This document shows positions 11,743 to 24,545 of a stretch of 63,923 bases of DNA, piece after piece. Origin of the DNA: Elsinoe ampelina (Eukaryota); contig ML992506.1 in assembly GCA_010093995.1 (NCBI GenBank), forward strand, positions 975,196-1,039,118, read 5' to 3'. The first letter of the stretch is position 1, and the number at the start of each line of letters is the position of its first letter. The notes beneath the pieces are model-generated. The model had not been told where the DNA came from, made no database searches, and was given only the letters and a program-made list of their open reading frames with translations. The translations under genes were made by a program, and so were the position numbers.

Positions 11743-12605
11743 ATGAAGCTCTCTCTCATCTCCCTCCTGCCACTCACCCTCGCCTCCCCCCTCTCCCTCT
11801 CACGCCGACAGTCCGCCACCAAGTGCGGACTCTGGGACTCTGTCTCCTCCGGACGTTACACTATCTACGCCAACCACTGGGGCGCCTCGACCGCCGGCAC
11901 CACAGGCAGCCAGTGCTTCACCGTAACCTCGTCCTCCTCCGCCTCCTCTCTCGCATGGTACACCACCTGGACCTGGGCCAACAACCCCAACCAAGTCAAG
12001 ACCTACACCAACGTGCAGACCGTCGGCTTCCCCAAAAAAGCCGTGAGCCAATACACCAGCATGGCCACCAGCTGGACCTGGTCCTACACCGGGACCAACC
12101 TCGTCGCAAACGGTACGTCCCTTTCCCCTGACCCTCCTCCTCACCTCCCCCCTCGTTCACAGGCGACGCACAAACCCCAACCCCCGTCTTCCCAACAACA
12201 CTAATCCATCCAGTGGCATACGACGTCTTCCTCGGCGCCTCCCCCTCCTCCCCACACCAATTCGAAGTCATGATCTGGCTCGGCCTCTACGGCAACGCCT
12301 CCCCGCTCAGCGCAAACGGATACCCCTTCACCCCCATCGCCAACACGACCATTGCCGGGGTGGTGTTCGACCTCGCGTACGGCCTGAACGGCGACGTGAA
12401 GGTGTACAGCTTCGTGGCGCGGAGCAGGGCGCAGATGGCGTTTGCGGGGGATCTGAGGGATTTTTTCGCATTTTTGATACGGGGGTACGCGGGGAATGGG
12501 TTCTCGGGGGCGTTGGTGGTGCAGGATGTGCAGAGCGGGACGGAGGTTTTCACGGGGTCGCAGGGGAGGTTGGGTACGAGTGGGTATACGATGAACATCA
12601 CCTAG
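11743..12605 (+). CDS. Secreted GH12 (xyloglucan-specific) endo-beta-1,4-glucanase; 2 exons
   Basis: Signal peptide MKLSLISLLPLTLA. Intron 12113-12213 (GTACGT..CTAAT..CAG) joins LVAN/VAYDVF. Both catalytic glutamates are present (FEVMIWL and GTEVF). Confidence 0.93.
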
Positions 12606-12815
12606 GCACGGGAGGAAAGAGACATGGAGAAAGGCAAATGGACAAAACATACGAGTACAAGAATGGTATCAACCCCTTTTCCCCTCGCCCATACAACTAG
12701 CACCCCCCCTCCCCCCCTCCCCTCATCCTCCCCACCCCTCCCCTTCCTGCCCTCCACAACCATCCCGCTCCTTTCCCCCCACCACCATGCGAGACTCCTG
12801 GTGATGGTGAAAAAG

Positions 12816-14140
12816 TCACGCCGCCTCCTTCCTCTCATACATACTCGGACTACTCCCCAGACTCCCCCGGTCAAAACTAACCCTCGCCCCTCTCCCCATC
12901 CCCTCCTCCATGACCTGCACACTCACGTCCTTCCGCAACTCAATCTCGTCCACGCCCCTCTGCCTCTCCTCCTTGCCCCACCACCCCTTCTGCGATCGCG
13001 GCGAAGCAACCACGCTCGCGCGGCTGGCGTACGTGCTGGTCTCGTCCCCGCCGCCGCCGCCGCCGGTGGTGAACCACGATTTGTTGTTGTTCTTCTTGTT
13101 GCTCGCGCCGGACTTTTGCGTGGCCGACAGCTCGGTGGAGTCGAGGGGTGCGCCGGGGCGGAGCGGTTGGGAGGCGCGGCGGCCGCCGAGGATGCGTGAC
13201 CAGAGGCTGGACGGGGTGGAGGCGAGGGAGGGGGCGACGGCGATGAGGGCGGCTTTGACGGCGGGCAGGCAGATGATGATGAGCGCGAGGTGGTTTTCGA
13301 CTGTGCACCAGATGAGGAGGATGGCGTTGTAGTCTCGGGAGGGGTTAGTGGGGGTCAATGGAGAGGGGGAAGGGAGGGGACGTACAGAGGGAGTATAAGG
13401 GGACGGAGAAGAGGTTGTGGATGGCGATCATGCGGAGGCCCGAGGTGACGACGACGAGGAAGCCGAGGCCGAACAGGAGGTTCATGGCTGCGCGGCGGGC
13501 GCGGGAGAGCTGGACGCCGCGCACGATGATGATGGGGAGGATGTAGAGGATGATGTCGTTGAAGATCATAAAGGCACCGTTGGCGTAGTAAAAGGCCTCG
13601 AGGTTGATGCAGACGCCGGGGGTGGAGGAGTTCCAGACTTTGGAAATGGGGATGCAAGAAAGGGCGGCGGAGAGGATACTGCCGATGCCAAAGACGATGG
13701 CGATGCCGGCCATGAGGTAGAGGATCCAGTTGTAGCGATTGTCTGGGGCGAGCTTGCGGTAGAAGGCGAGAAGGGAGAGTTTGACGAACATGTTGCAGGC
13801 GAAGTAGGAGATGAAGAAAGCGATGTAGAGCTGGTGGGTGTCAGTCTGGTAGTGAATGTCTCTTGTGCTTCATGCTGACCTTGAAAAAGGTGTCGATATC
13901 ATGTTCTGAAAGGTTTCTAGGTTGGATCTGCTTGCTGAGACCGAGCCCGTACTTTGTGGCGACACATTGTAGTACAGCTTCTGTGACGCCGCAAACGAGA
14001 GCAGCTAATAGTAAGATGTCGTGGATCTGCAGCTTCTTCGTCTTTGCTACCGTCCTGTGTAACCGCGTCGAAGCCGTAGCAATGCTGAGTATGGAAAAGC
14101 CAACATTGACACCAATGACGGTAGCCTGTGTCGGATCCAT
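12816..14140 (-). CDS. PTH11-like (fungal rhodopsin-domain) integral membrane protein without CFEM; 3 exons
   Basis: Introns 13831-13879 and 13334-13385. Motifs HDILLLAAL, YGLG, KLSLLAFY, CIPISKVW, DIILYILPI and WCTVENHLALIIICLPA. Confidence 0.88.
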
Positions 14141-16132
14141 GGCTTAGAGTGAGGCTCTTGGACAAATGTTTAAAGCTTGTACAAGATAGAGGCCTAACGC
14201 ACACTGCAAGGACGGTGCGCAGAGACGGTGGTATTTGTCAATGAGCAGACCCGGTGGGTAAGAGACAGGGCATATATGAATCAAAGCAGAGAGGACAGAG
14301 CTTACAAACGGGCAGACATACCTCCCCGGGACGTGTATGGTCGAGGATGGGGTCTACTGCAGGTCCATCGCTTCAGTCCTCGCCTATCGCCCTAGTGTTT
14401 CCATCCCCCTGTCAAAGGACATTGCCGATCGCTCCATTTGACAGCGACGTGCCAAAAAGCATGGGCGAGGATGTGGTCAACGGGGTGTCATGGACTTGTC
14501 TAGTCCAGCTCGAGCTTTCATGCAGAAGAAGCAATGTCCAGGGATGGGCAGGGCAGACAGCTTGGCAACTGCAGTGACCCTGCTAGACAGGCGCCGCCTG
14601 GAGCTGGCTCAACGGGGGGAGAGAGCTCTGGTTGTTCCGTGCTGAAGCGTGCAGGAAAACTAAGCCGAGGAGGAGAGTCATTGGGTGAGAGGAGGGGGAA
14701 TGGTGCGAATGGGGATCTTGCTTTTTGGGGGGGATTCTGACGTGCATGAGGCTCCCGCGGTGGCGTAACAGGGGAAGCCAAAGGCATGTCAATTCGACCC
14801 GCCGCGGAGTTTCGTGTTCAAACGGGTGAGGGGTCGTCTGTTGCGAATGTGACTGTTACTCGTGTATTCTGAAAATGACCTTTCTAATTGGTGAGTCAAG
14901 GTATATGTGTTTAGGGGACATGATCTCGTCGTGAAGTGAGCTACCCAGGCTTGTAAAACCCACCTGCTCCTTCTCGACAGCGCCAGAGAGAAAAGGAAAC
15001 ACGCTCGTCGCTAGACATGTCGGGAGAAGAGAAATGCAAGCAAAGTGGGGAAAGGAAGGATGGTTGGGCTGCTGCACGTCGCTGCACGTCGTTCAGGGGG
15101 GGTTGGCCTGCTTTGGCCCCAAAGATCGGGCCGGGTCGGTCGATGGCGTCGCCGGCCTTTTGATTAAACTTCTGTCAAAAACGATCCCGCCGGGCGGAAA
15201 GTCAGACTATCTTCTCCGGCCGCCTCACACGGCAAGATATAGATTGATATTCATCTCGACAGGCCAATGGGAAGGCGACCGGAAGAAGATCCTGTCGTTT
15301 GCGAGGCTGATCGGGTACATGTCGGGTTGCACAGCAGAATGATATATCGTCGACATGGTTCATGACAGCAGGTGGATGTGATGGTGGTCTACAAAAACGC
15401 CAGCGTCCTCCTGTCACATCTCGACCTGTCACTGACGACAAAGCTCCCATCGATAAGCAACGTACCCCTCGAAGATCGACATGGCTGAATCGCTTGTCGT
15501 CGACGCCTCAGCTAGCACTATCGAGCAAAGAAATATCACATGCATGGCGCGAAAAGATGCTACTGTATACTACTGTACTTACATGTATCTCCCAGCGAGA
15601 TGGATTTGTCGGATGATCGACCACTTGCGATCCGTCCATCCTACGCCGAGGATCAATAAATGAATGAATCCCATGGATGCGGTTGGCTGATTCATGAACC
15701 GAATCGCCACTATTTGAATGTTCTGCATGTCCTCACCGCTAGATTTGACCAGGCACTTTTGCTTTTTCCACACTGTCCGGCTTGTCAATTCCGCCGTCAC
15801 CCAGTCGCATCCAGCAATTGCAATGATTTGCTTGCATATTGTTGAGCCTCTAGTCCAGTAGTATTCTTCATCCTCGCTTGTTCTGCCTGTGTTCATTGAC
15901 ACGTGCAACCCTCATCAAGCCGTGGCTGGCTAGACCTAATGAGGAGACTCGCAAGCAGTATGCATGCAGTATTGTGAAACCTGTTCCTGCGAGCTCTTCA
16001 CTGTTCTGCGCAGTCCCATGTGCAAGCTCTTGTCGTTCACGTGGAAGGCACCTTGTCATCTGCAGTGGTACCTGACCCAGCAACGATCGAGTCAGACAAG
16101 ATCTGCAAACGTGTGTGGGTATCATTGCAAGT

Positions 16133-16777
16133 CTATGCATACATATCGTCAAACTCTTCTTCATCGTCGTCCTGTTTCTCTTCCACCTTTGGCTTCTCTT
16201 TGACCAATCTTTGACGATCCATCGGACATGTTGGATTGACCTTGAGCCACGGTGTGATGCATTCGAGGTCGAAGATGTGATCTTTGTGACATGGCAGGCG
16301 GACAACCAGAGGGTATTTATCTTCCAAGAACTCGTTTGCGCAAATCGCACAACTCTCGCCCTGCTTGAGCTTCGCCTTTGGTATCCGCTCCAGGTCGGCG
16401 AGGAATGTATCCGACACGCCCTCCAGCTCCCTCGGCGGGTTTAGCGCCGTCTCGTCCAGAAACCCGATCAGTCCTTCGAGCGGATCCGTGTGATCTTCAG
16501 AATCCAGGACTCTTGCCGACCGTCGCACTCCGAATGCATCTGCTAGCATGCGAAGCGCAGCTGAGATCTCGCTTGGCTCAGGTAGAGAATGTACATTTTG
16601 AGGGCGTCTCTCGTGTGATGTGTCGACTCGATCTAATGCTGAGAAAAAGGACGAGAGATCTGGTCGGCGAGGTGTTTCTTCATCCTTCTTATCCGCCTTG
16701 ATGTCGTGCTCGACTGGTCTTGGTTAGCTTCGATGTTCGTACGCTACCACGATTTGCTCACCGTCATAACCTGACAT
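16133..16777 (-). CDS. Small RING-H2 finger protein (putative E3 ligase); 2 exons
   Basis: Exon 1 (16762-16777, MSGYD) is joined through intron 16714-16761 (GTGAG..CTAAC..CAG) to VEHDI...RRPDLSSFFS. RING-H2 motif CAICANEF...LPCHKDHIFDLECITPWLKVNPTCPMDR. Confidence 0.9.
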
Positions 16778-17007
16778 ATTTGGTAAAAGTGCAAACAGCA
16801 AAATGCATATTTAGGGACTTGAAGACAAGTTGAAGCTCTTGAAGATCGGAAGCTCCGCAGGCAGCGCATGAATACGTATTTGCGCGAGTCATGGTCACAC
16901 CCCACATGTTACCACCTTGCATGCACCAAATTGTCCATCACCGCATCACAACATGATATTACTCCCTGTAGTCCGATCATGGTAAATCTATACTTGCGGA
17001 TACAAGT

Positions 17008-19740
17008 ATGAGCTATGCTCAGGATGACCGCAAATCAGCCACAGATTCCGATGATAAATATGCTAATATACAACTTGCGACTCCTGCCCTGTCTCCCATA
17101 GCAGAGGCAGCACCTTTTGCCGGCCCACTCGAAGAGGCTTTGAAGCGCTCGACCGCGGAGAAAACGATAGACACAACTCAGGATCCTGCTACAGGTCGCA
17201 GATGTGCCGGATCCTTACGTACAAATGGACTTTCAAAACCTGGCAGCGAGGCTACATCGCCGCTTTCGAGTGCAAACGAATCGAGCAGGGTGTTCAAACT
17301 CTCTCCCATTCAGATACATGATCTGACAAACTCACCTGGATCTTTGCCACTTCGCTCGGTCGATACACCCACAGATGACATACCATCATTACAGGAGACG
17401 CTTGGCTCCCCTATCAATGGAGTATCTCGGAAGAACCTATTCAGTCCACCTCCATTCGCAGCCGAGAGCGCATCAGCGAGCGAGAATGACACCCAGCCGC
17501 ATGGCAAATCATTACCAGCGCCTCAAGTACCGGTCGCCTCAAACGGAACCATACGGCCTCAACATGCTCCCCGTTCCGTAACGTCGCCTCTCCTTCGACG
17601 ACGCGAGTCTGCATCTGCTCCACGGAATCCGAAAGCCGCTGGCGAAGGCTCTCGACCACGACCACCAAGTCTGACACCCATCAAGCTTGCAGATGAGCAT
17701 AGTCGCGAAGGCAACGGCGCATTGAAGCCAACCCCAGGAAGGGCTGGGCTCGCATCACCCATGCCACCTGTCATTCCTCTACCTCCCTTGTCTCTGCCGA
17801 CCTATCTTCATCTGGAACTGTCGTCAGAGAGACCATCGGCCCTGTACATCCATCGGCCCGTCAGTACTGAGTTTCCATATGAGTCTTCAAAGGTCAAGTT
17901 TGAACGTTTGCTCAACTTCTTGCGACTCCCACATCAGCTCGAACAAGTCCTCTGGTTCGGCACACTCGCCTGCCTGGACGCCTGGCTCTACAGTTTCACC
18001 ATTCTGCCTCTCCGCTTCCTGAAAGCCCTCGGATTGCTGGTCGGCTGGTGGGCATCAAGTCTGGCCAAGGAAGTGGTAGACATGTTCAGATATGTCATCG
18101 CAGGCACGCAACGGCACTGGAGACCAGACCCTAGAGCCACCAATGCTGTACGAAGGTCCCGGGGCGACAGTGCTGCAGTGCGATCTGCAGACGTTCGAGC
18201 ACCGATGAAGACGTCAACAGACGTTGATGGTAGCTCTGACGTCCCTCGAAGGTCGAGGAAGAGCTCATCAACATCGCGTGTGCGCCCTGCGAAAAGAGCT
18301 CCCTCGGGCCTCTCACCATATCACAAAGCCGACCTCCTCCACGGTTTACTTATCATCATCAGCTGCATGCTCCTCGTCCGATTCGATGCCAGCAGAATGT
18401 ACCACTCGATTAGAGGTCAAGCCGCCATCAAACTCTACGTAATCTACAACGTCCTCGAAGTCTGCGACCGCCTCTTCTCCGCCTTAGGGCAAGACGTCCT
18501 CGAATGCCTCTTCTCAAAAGAAACCCTCGAACGCAAACCCAACGGCCGCAGCAAAGTCATCCGCCCCATCTGGATGTTCCTCCTCGCCCTCATCTACAAC
18601 GTGATCCACGCCACCCTCCTGTTCTACCAAGTCGTCACCCTCAACGTCGCCGTCAACTCCTACTCCAACGCCCTCCTCACTCTCCTCATGTCCAACCAAT
18701 TCGTCGAAATCAAAGGCACCGTCTTCAAGAAATTCGAAAAGGAAAACCTCTTCCAGCTAACCTGCGCCGACGTCGTCGAGCGTTTCCAGCTCTGGCTCAT
18801 GCTCTCCATCATCGGCGCCCGCAACATCGTCGAAGTAGGCGGCTTCTCCCTGTCCAGCCTCACCAGCCCAACCCCTGGCCCCTCCCCCGCCGCCTCCGCC
18901 AACCCCGCCAACTCGACCGCCACTCCCTCCTTGCTCCCAGCTGCCTTCTCCCTCCTCCCTTCCCTCTCCCTCTCATCCCCTGTACTAGCGCCATTCCTCA
19001 TCGTCCTGGGCTCAGAAATGCTAGTCGACTGGCTCAAGCACGCTTACATCAACAAATTCAACTCTGTCAAGCCGAGCATCTACGGCCGCTTCCTGGACGT
19101 TTTGGCCAAGGACTACTACGCGCACGCCTTTGCCGATCAGAACCTCACGAAGCGCCTGGGGCTGCCCACGTTGCCGCTCGCGTGTCTGGTCCTCCGGGCT
19201 GGCAGCCAGGTGTGGGGCATGTTTGCCGCGACGGGATTCGCGGCGCCCGCGTCAGCAGCGGGGAGGAGTTTGAGCAGGGATGTGCACGAGGGTGGTGCGG
19301 TGGGGATGGGCAGGGTGGAGGGGGTGTTCCGCCGCGCGTTGGGGGCGGGGGAGTGGGGACGGGTATGGGAGTGGAGTGCGGACGACGCGATGGCGTTCGG
19401 GACAATGGTGGTGTTGGGGTTGTTGATGTATCTTGTTCTACTGGCGTTTAAGCTGGTGTTGGGGATGGTGTTGCTCTCGTTTGCCAGGAGGAGGTACAAG
19501 GGCATGAAGGAGAGGGAGAGGGAGGGGTATGATACCCATTCGAGGAGGGTGGGGGGTTGGGGCGTGACGGAGGTGGATGAGGATAAGAGGAGGTGGATTT
19601 ATGAGGATGATGCTGAGGGGTTGAGGAAGTTGAGGGAGAGGGAGCATAGGGATAAGGAGAAGAAGGAGGGGGGCGAGGGGAAGGGGTTGAAGTTGGAGGG
19701 GGTCGGGAGGTATATGATGGCTGCTAAGAGGATATGGTGA
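17008..19740 (+). CDS. EMP65: ER membrane protein 65 / TAPT1 family (DUF747)
   Basis: Motifs CLDAWLYSFTILPLR, DASRMYHSIRGQAAIKLYVIYNVLEV, TLNVAVNSYSNALLTLLMSNQFVEIKGTVFKKFEKENLFQ and EMLVDWLKHAYINKFN. Confidence 0.93.
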   Translation: MSYAQDDRKSATDSDDKYANIQLATPALSPIAEAAPFAGPLEEALKRSTAEKTIDTTQDPATGRRCAGSLRTNGLSKPGSEATSPLSSANESSRVFKLSPIQIHDLTNSPGSLPLRSVDTPTDDIPSLQETLGSPINGVSRKNLFSPPPFAAESASASENDTQPHGKSLPAPQVPVASNGTIRPQHAPRSVTSPLLRRRESASAPRNPKAAGEGSRPRPPSLTPIKLADEHSREGNGALKPTPGRAGLASPMPPVIPLPPLSLPTYLHLELSSERPSALYIHRPVSTEFPYESSKVKFERLLNFLRLPHQLEQVLWFGTLACLDAWLYSFTILPLRFLKALGLLVGWWASSLAKEVVDMFRYVIAGTQRHWRPDPRATNAVRRSRGDSAAVRSADVRAPMKTSTDVDGSSDVPRRSRKSSSTSRVRPAKRAPSGLSPYHKADLLHGLLIIISCMLLVRFDASRMYHSIRGQAAIKLYVIYNVLEVCDRLFSALGQDVLECLFSKETLERKPNGRSKVIRPIWMFLLALIYNVIHATLLFYQVVTLNVAVNSYSNALLTLLMSNQFVEIKGTVFKKFEKENLFQLTCADVVERFQLWLMLSIIGARNIVEVGGFSLSSLTSPTPGPSPAASANPANSTATPSLLPAAFSLLPSLSLSSPVLAPFLIVLGSEMLVDWLKHAYINKFNSVKPSIYGRFLDVLAKDYYAHAFADQNLTKRLGLPTLPLACLVLRAGSQVWGMFAATGFAAPASAAGRSLSRDVHEGGAVGMGRVEGVFRRALGAGEWGRVWEWSADDAMAFGTMVVLGLLMYLVLLAFKLVLGMVLLSFARRRYKGMKEREREGYDTHSRRVGGWGVTEVDEDKRRWIYEDDAEGLRKLREREHRDKEKKEGGEGKGLKLEGVGRYMMAAKRIW

Positions 19741-19881
19741 CCTCTTTAGCAGGGTGGTATTGATCACTATTTCATGCTCGGTTGTGCAAGCGTGCAAGTC
19801 TATCTGTATCGTGGTATCATGTCCGTCTCAACTCTGTTCATTCCCCCTTCATCCCCCTTCTTCACCTCCCCTTCCCCCCCC

Positions 19882-20552
19882 TCAAAACTCCACCAACCAC
19901 CCCTCCCCCCTCCTCTCCCTGTACGGCTCCCTCTCCAAACTCCTCAAAGACACATCAATATCCGTCCTGATATCCTCCACCAAACTCTCCAGACTCGTAT
20001 AATCATACTCCGGCCTAATGAAACCCAGAATCAACACCTTCATCCTCTTCCCGTAAAAATCCTTGGCAAAAGCATGCATGATATGTACCTCCACGCTGCG
20101 CTTTTCGTTCTTGTAATACGGGTTCCACCCGATGGACATCACCATGGGGAAAACACCGGCGGATTGCTCCGCGGGCGACTCCCCCGCGGGGGTTTGCGAA
20201 AGGGAGGTTTGCTGCGGCGTGTCCGCGCCGGTCGCGGGGAGGGAGTGGGATTTGCTTTGGTCCGCCGCAGAGGTGTACGAAGAGAGGGAGGCCCAGCCGT
20301 AGTAGACGCCTGATTGGAGGTCGTCGTGGCCGCCGACTGCGAGGCCGGAGATGGGGAGGTTGGCGGTGGGGATGCCGAGCTGGGGAGAGGTCAGATGGTT
20401 GAGGACGCTAGGGCGAAGGGGCCATCGTGGCTCACTTCTTTGCTGCCGCGGCCGAAGCCTTTGATCACTTCCCCGTCGAGGCGGATGGGGAAGGGTGGTT
20501 CGGGGCCCGTGTCGGGGCCTGCGATGGGGTCGCGGGGGCCGTCGGGGCGCAT
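19882..20552 (-). CDS. FMN1: Riboflavin kinase; 2 exons
   Basis: [20 protein letters not shown] is joined across intron 20380-20435. Also [28 protein letters not shown] and GFIRPE. Confidence 0.95.
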
Positions 20553-20993
20553 GGTGGTGGTGGAGATGGGTAGGGAGACGAGGTATTGCGGATCAGGGAG
20601 AGGATTGCGGGAGCTCGTGAGGAATAAGATGATTGACCGCTAGGAGGGAAATTATCAGAGGGGTAGTCAGCTTGCATGATGCTGATCGGCAAGTGAAGCT
20701 TCGAGACGTGATCGCGGCCCGCACCTTGTTTGGTGGAACCCGTGGTCTGTGAGGGCAGAGGCAAGGTCAGGTTTTGGGATGTTACGCACAAAGGCTTAAG
20801 AACAGAGGAGGAAATGGTGATTTAGATCGTGAGGTGGAAGAATCAACTTTTGAATGGCAGATATGTATGCTACAGTAATCGCCAGCACGAAGGAGACCCC
20901 GAGGATATCTTTTACAACACCATACTCCACTTGATTTTGAGCTCCACCGCACCCTACGAGTGTTCGAAGAGGAAAGTCTGAGACATCGCCAGC

Positions 20994-23178
20994 TCAAGGA
21001 ATGATAGGAAGGAACTGCACTCAGTCAGTATTCAGCCCAAGACTCACACAACACAGGCAGATACTCACGTTCATGACAATCATCATCGGGATATCAAATG
21101 TATCCCGCTTGACGGTATGACAAAACATCACATCGACCTTCCCATCCTTCTCGCCCAGCAGATTGATGCCTCCACCCATCCTGCCCATCTGCTGACCATC
21201 TCCGTTCCTGTCCCCGCCTGCGCCATCCATTCCCTCTGCCCATCCCGGATCATCCTTGGTCTTGTACTTCAGCAGCTTGCCTCTCCTCATCACACTACCT
21301 CTGCTGTCGCCAAATGCCATCTTCGCAAAGTCCTCGTAAAATTCGACTGCAGTGTCGTCGTCAAGCAGCTCGGCCACGAACACGGGCTGTGGCCTGCCAG
21401 GCTCGATCTCGGCTCCGTTGTTGAGTTGCTTGGGAGTCGCTTGGCCTCTCGAAGTGCTTCCTGTCCCATCCCCTCCTCCACCGCCATAGTTGACGTTCAG
21501 ATTCGGCTCTTTCCCTAACAACACGTCCTTCTTCCACCCTGTCAAAAGACTAAACTCTTTACTCACCGCGGCAATCTCCCCTGTTCTCCTAATGATGAGC
21601 GTCGGACATCCATAGGCGTTCAAGAAATCATCGTAAAGCAATAAATTCCGCTGAAAGCCTTTCTCCATGAAAATCAGATCATCCCTGGACAATTCCCGGG
21701 TACATGAAATAAAACTGGGTCGGATCGAGGCGAGGGCTTTGGCGATACGCAGCGTCTTGTCCTTGCTGAATCGTTTGGCTAGGAACGCGGTTAGGAGGTG
21801 GAATCCTGTAGTGTAGGAGTAGGGCTCTTTCACGGACTGGTAGATGATGCTTGGGTCGCGGCGTCGGCGTCGGTCGGTGTCCGGGAGGCGGGAGGTGGCG
21901 AACGGGTTGTTGGTGCTTGTCGGGGCTTGTTGCGCGGAGGAATGGGCGGTTGAGGAGGGGTTCGTGAAGTCTGGTTGGGACCGGCGAGGGGCGTACATGT
22001 TGTGTTGGGCGGCGGATACGGGAGAAGAGTTGTATGCATTCATGTCGATGCCAGTGTTGCCAGGTGAAGCTGATGAGATTGAACCTGTACCTTCACCAAT
22101 AGCAAAGGCACCAGGGTAGATCTCATTGCCTTGCATGTTGAAGCCGTGGCTGGTACTGTTTTGACGAGAGGTAGACTGATTGCCTTGCCAATTCGAGAAC
22201 GCATTGTTGCCGTATTGAAAGTTGTTACCCATGGGTGAATACCCCGCCGTGAGATCGTAATTCATGCCAGATCCCATCGTGTTCATCATGCCTGTCGTGT
22301 CGTCCGGCGATTCACCAAAGTTTCCAGTCATGTGTCCTAAGATCCCGAATTCTTGAGCTCCGTAATGGTTGCCGAAGCCGGAGATATCAAAGTTGAAGAA
22401 GTGGGGATCGGATGGATCAAAGGGCATGGTGAATGACTGGCTGTTTTGGCGCATCCTCGTTGGATCTTGATCATTCGTCGGTGGAGGTGGCATGGATGAA
22501 ATGGCGGGTCCCTCTGTGGAGAAACTACCACGACCAGTAGATGAAAATGCATCTGTGATGGATGCCTCCCTTGCTTGTGGTGACTGAGACTGACCGCCCA
22601 TACCTCCTTGCTGAAGCCCGCTGAACTCAGATGTCGGCGTCCTGGTAGGAAAGTACGCACCAGGGCCGGGCTGAGTCAGTGGCGAAGCAGTACTACCCGT
22701 TCGCTGCTCCTTCGCCCCTCCCTTCTGGGGGCCACTGTTCGGATTGTAAGTGCCACCCATGCCTGGAACAAGTGCCTCTGAAGGCGCATCGTGGAGATAC
22801 TTTGCTTTCTTGCGGTGACCATCTGTGCAGCTGTCTTGCAAGCCGCGCTTGACGCACCGAAGGCAAGGCCTCTCGTCGCCTACAGCTGTCAGTTTACGCC
22901 CAACGGTGCAAATAGATCAATGACTTACCGCAGGTCAGATGAGCACGCTGGCAAGCGAAGCACGCCCTTCGAGCCTTCTTCCTACGAGGTCTCGAAGGAT
23001 CTTTGGCATTCTTCTTTGCTGGTGTCTCATCATTTGAACCATTGTGCGAATTTGAGGGCGACTTGCCATCACTGCCTTCTCCGTCTCGAATATCAGTCAT
23101 GGTGGAATCGTCAACGTGGTGATCGGTGTCTTCCTCGTGAAGATGGGGTGACCCTCCATCATCAGAGTCGGCAGCCAT
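20994..23178 (-). CDS. acuK: Zn2Cys6/PAS transcription activator of gluconeogenesis (AcuK/Ert1/AOD5 family); 3 exons
   Basis: Zinc cluster [31 protein letters not shown] spans intron 22880-22928. PAS region [10 protein letters not shown]...IRPSFI...[11 protein letters not shown]...RRTGEI. Final intron 21015-21068 gives the family ending [20 protein letters not shown]. Confidence 0.9.
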
Positions 23179-24545
23179 GATTTATGTATGCTCCCCGCGT
23201 CGCACACCGCGTTGACCCAAATTCCACCTGATCAGGATTCGAGGCGGGCAGTTGATGGCGTTCGGTATCCACTTTTCCTTGCTCGGTGTATCTTGGGAGC
23301 AGTTGTCCCAGGGCGACGGATCACCAATGATTGCTGTCCCAGAGACTCAACGTTGCAGCAAAGGTGTCATGCGAGTATGCGTGTACGGTGGTACAATCGA
23401 ATATATCGGGCGCTATGTCCACCTCGCATTCGCCAAGGGAGACCGGATTGAGATTGGGCGTGTGTGACCTCGAGGACCAATAGGTCGACTTCCAATCTTC
23501 CCCGATGGACGGTTAATGACAGACTGGGTCGTCGATTGGTGTAGAAATGGTCGGCAGGGGTCGAAGGCGACTTCTCTGTTGGGACAGCATGCCAATTCAG
23601 GCTCGCAAACTTGTGCCACGGACGATCAATGCTCTTGCGCCAGCCACAGTCCACATTCCTCGGAGGACGCGAAAGGCTGGTAGGACAGAAGGGCAGATCT
23701 GCCAGGGGAAAAGGTGTCGATTGGCCACGTTGCTGTGCGCTCTCAGCAAGAGAAAGGAGTTGAGAATGCGCGCTGCCTTCCGACGGTCAAATTCACCACA
23801 GACGGGCGAGCTTTGGCGAGGTGGAAACAACGCTTGTGCTGTTGGAGAATGATGAGATGCAGGTCGAAAGAGAGTTCCCCGCCCTCGGTGCTTCACGGAC
23901 CACTGGACGTCGTCTCCAAGAAACGGAGTACAGTTTAGGTAGCGACTCGCCGTCGCGCCGAGCCGTGACCTTGGGCGCTCGAACGGGGCAGCGGCAGGGT
24001 CTTGGTTGAAATGGACCCAGCCCGTTGGCGCCTGCATACAGCTAGGCCATCTGTCCTGCCTCTATGACAAGTCTAGCAAATACGCACGGCATGTACTCGT
24101 CACAAGCATGTTGAATGATCCACTTTGCTGCAGAATTGGTATGTCTGGAGGCGTCCTCTCGCTTCTTCCATGGCAATCATGGGTGATCATTTGATTCTGT
24201 GCCCCCGTTCGCTTCCCAAAACCTGCTGGTGGTGCAGGCCTTGCATGCTTGGACCCCTTTCGTCCAAAACTGATCGTCCGTACTCCAAGAAGAGTGACAT
24301 TGCAAGCTCGATTTGTTAATCTACCACATCCGATTTTGGATACCGAGGTACACTAGCTTATCCGGAAGATCTGAGTGGCTTCCGCTGATGGTGTGGTGGT
24401 ACAGAGATCTGTGATGACGGTATCACGTGGATGAGAAATGGTTCACTAAGGAATGTTGATTTGTGCGACGTCGCTTGACCGTTGGGTGTCATGTACTGCC
24501 ATGCCATAGTCCGCCCCTTGCCCAGCTCGACTTGCATCTGAGACC

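Noticed and set aside
21021..21068. ORF-track C-terminus [15 protein letters not shown] of AcuK
   Set aside because: This is read-through into intron 21015-21068; splicing gives the conserved FLP ending.
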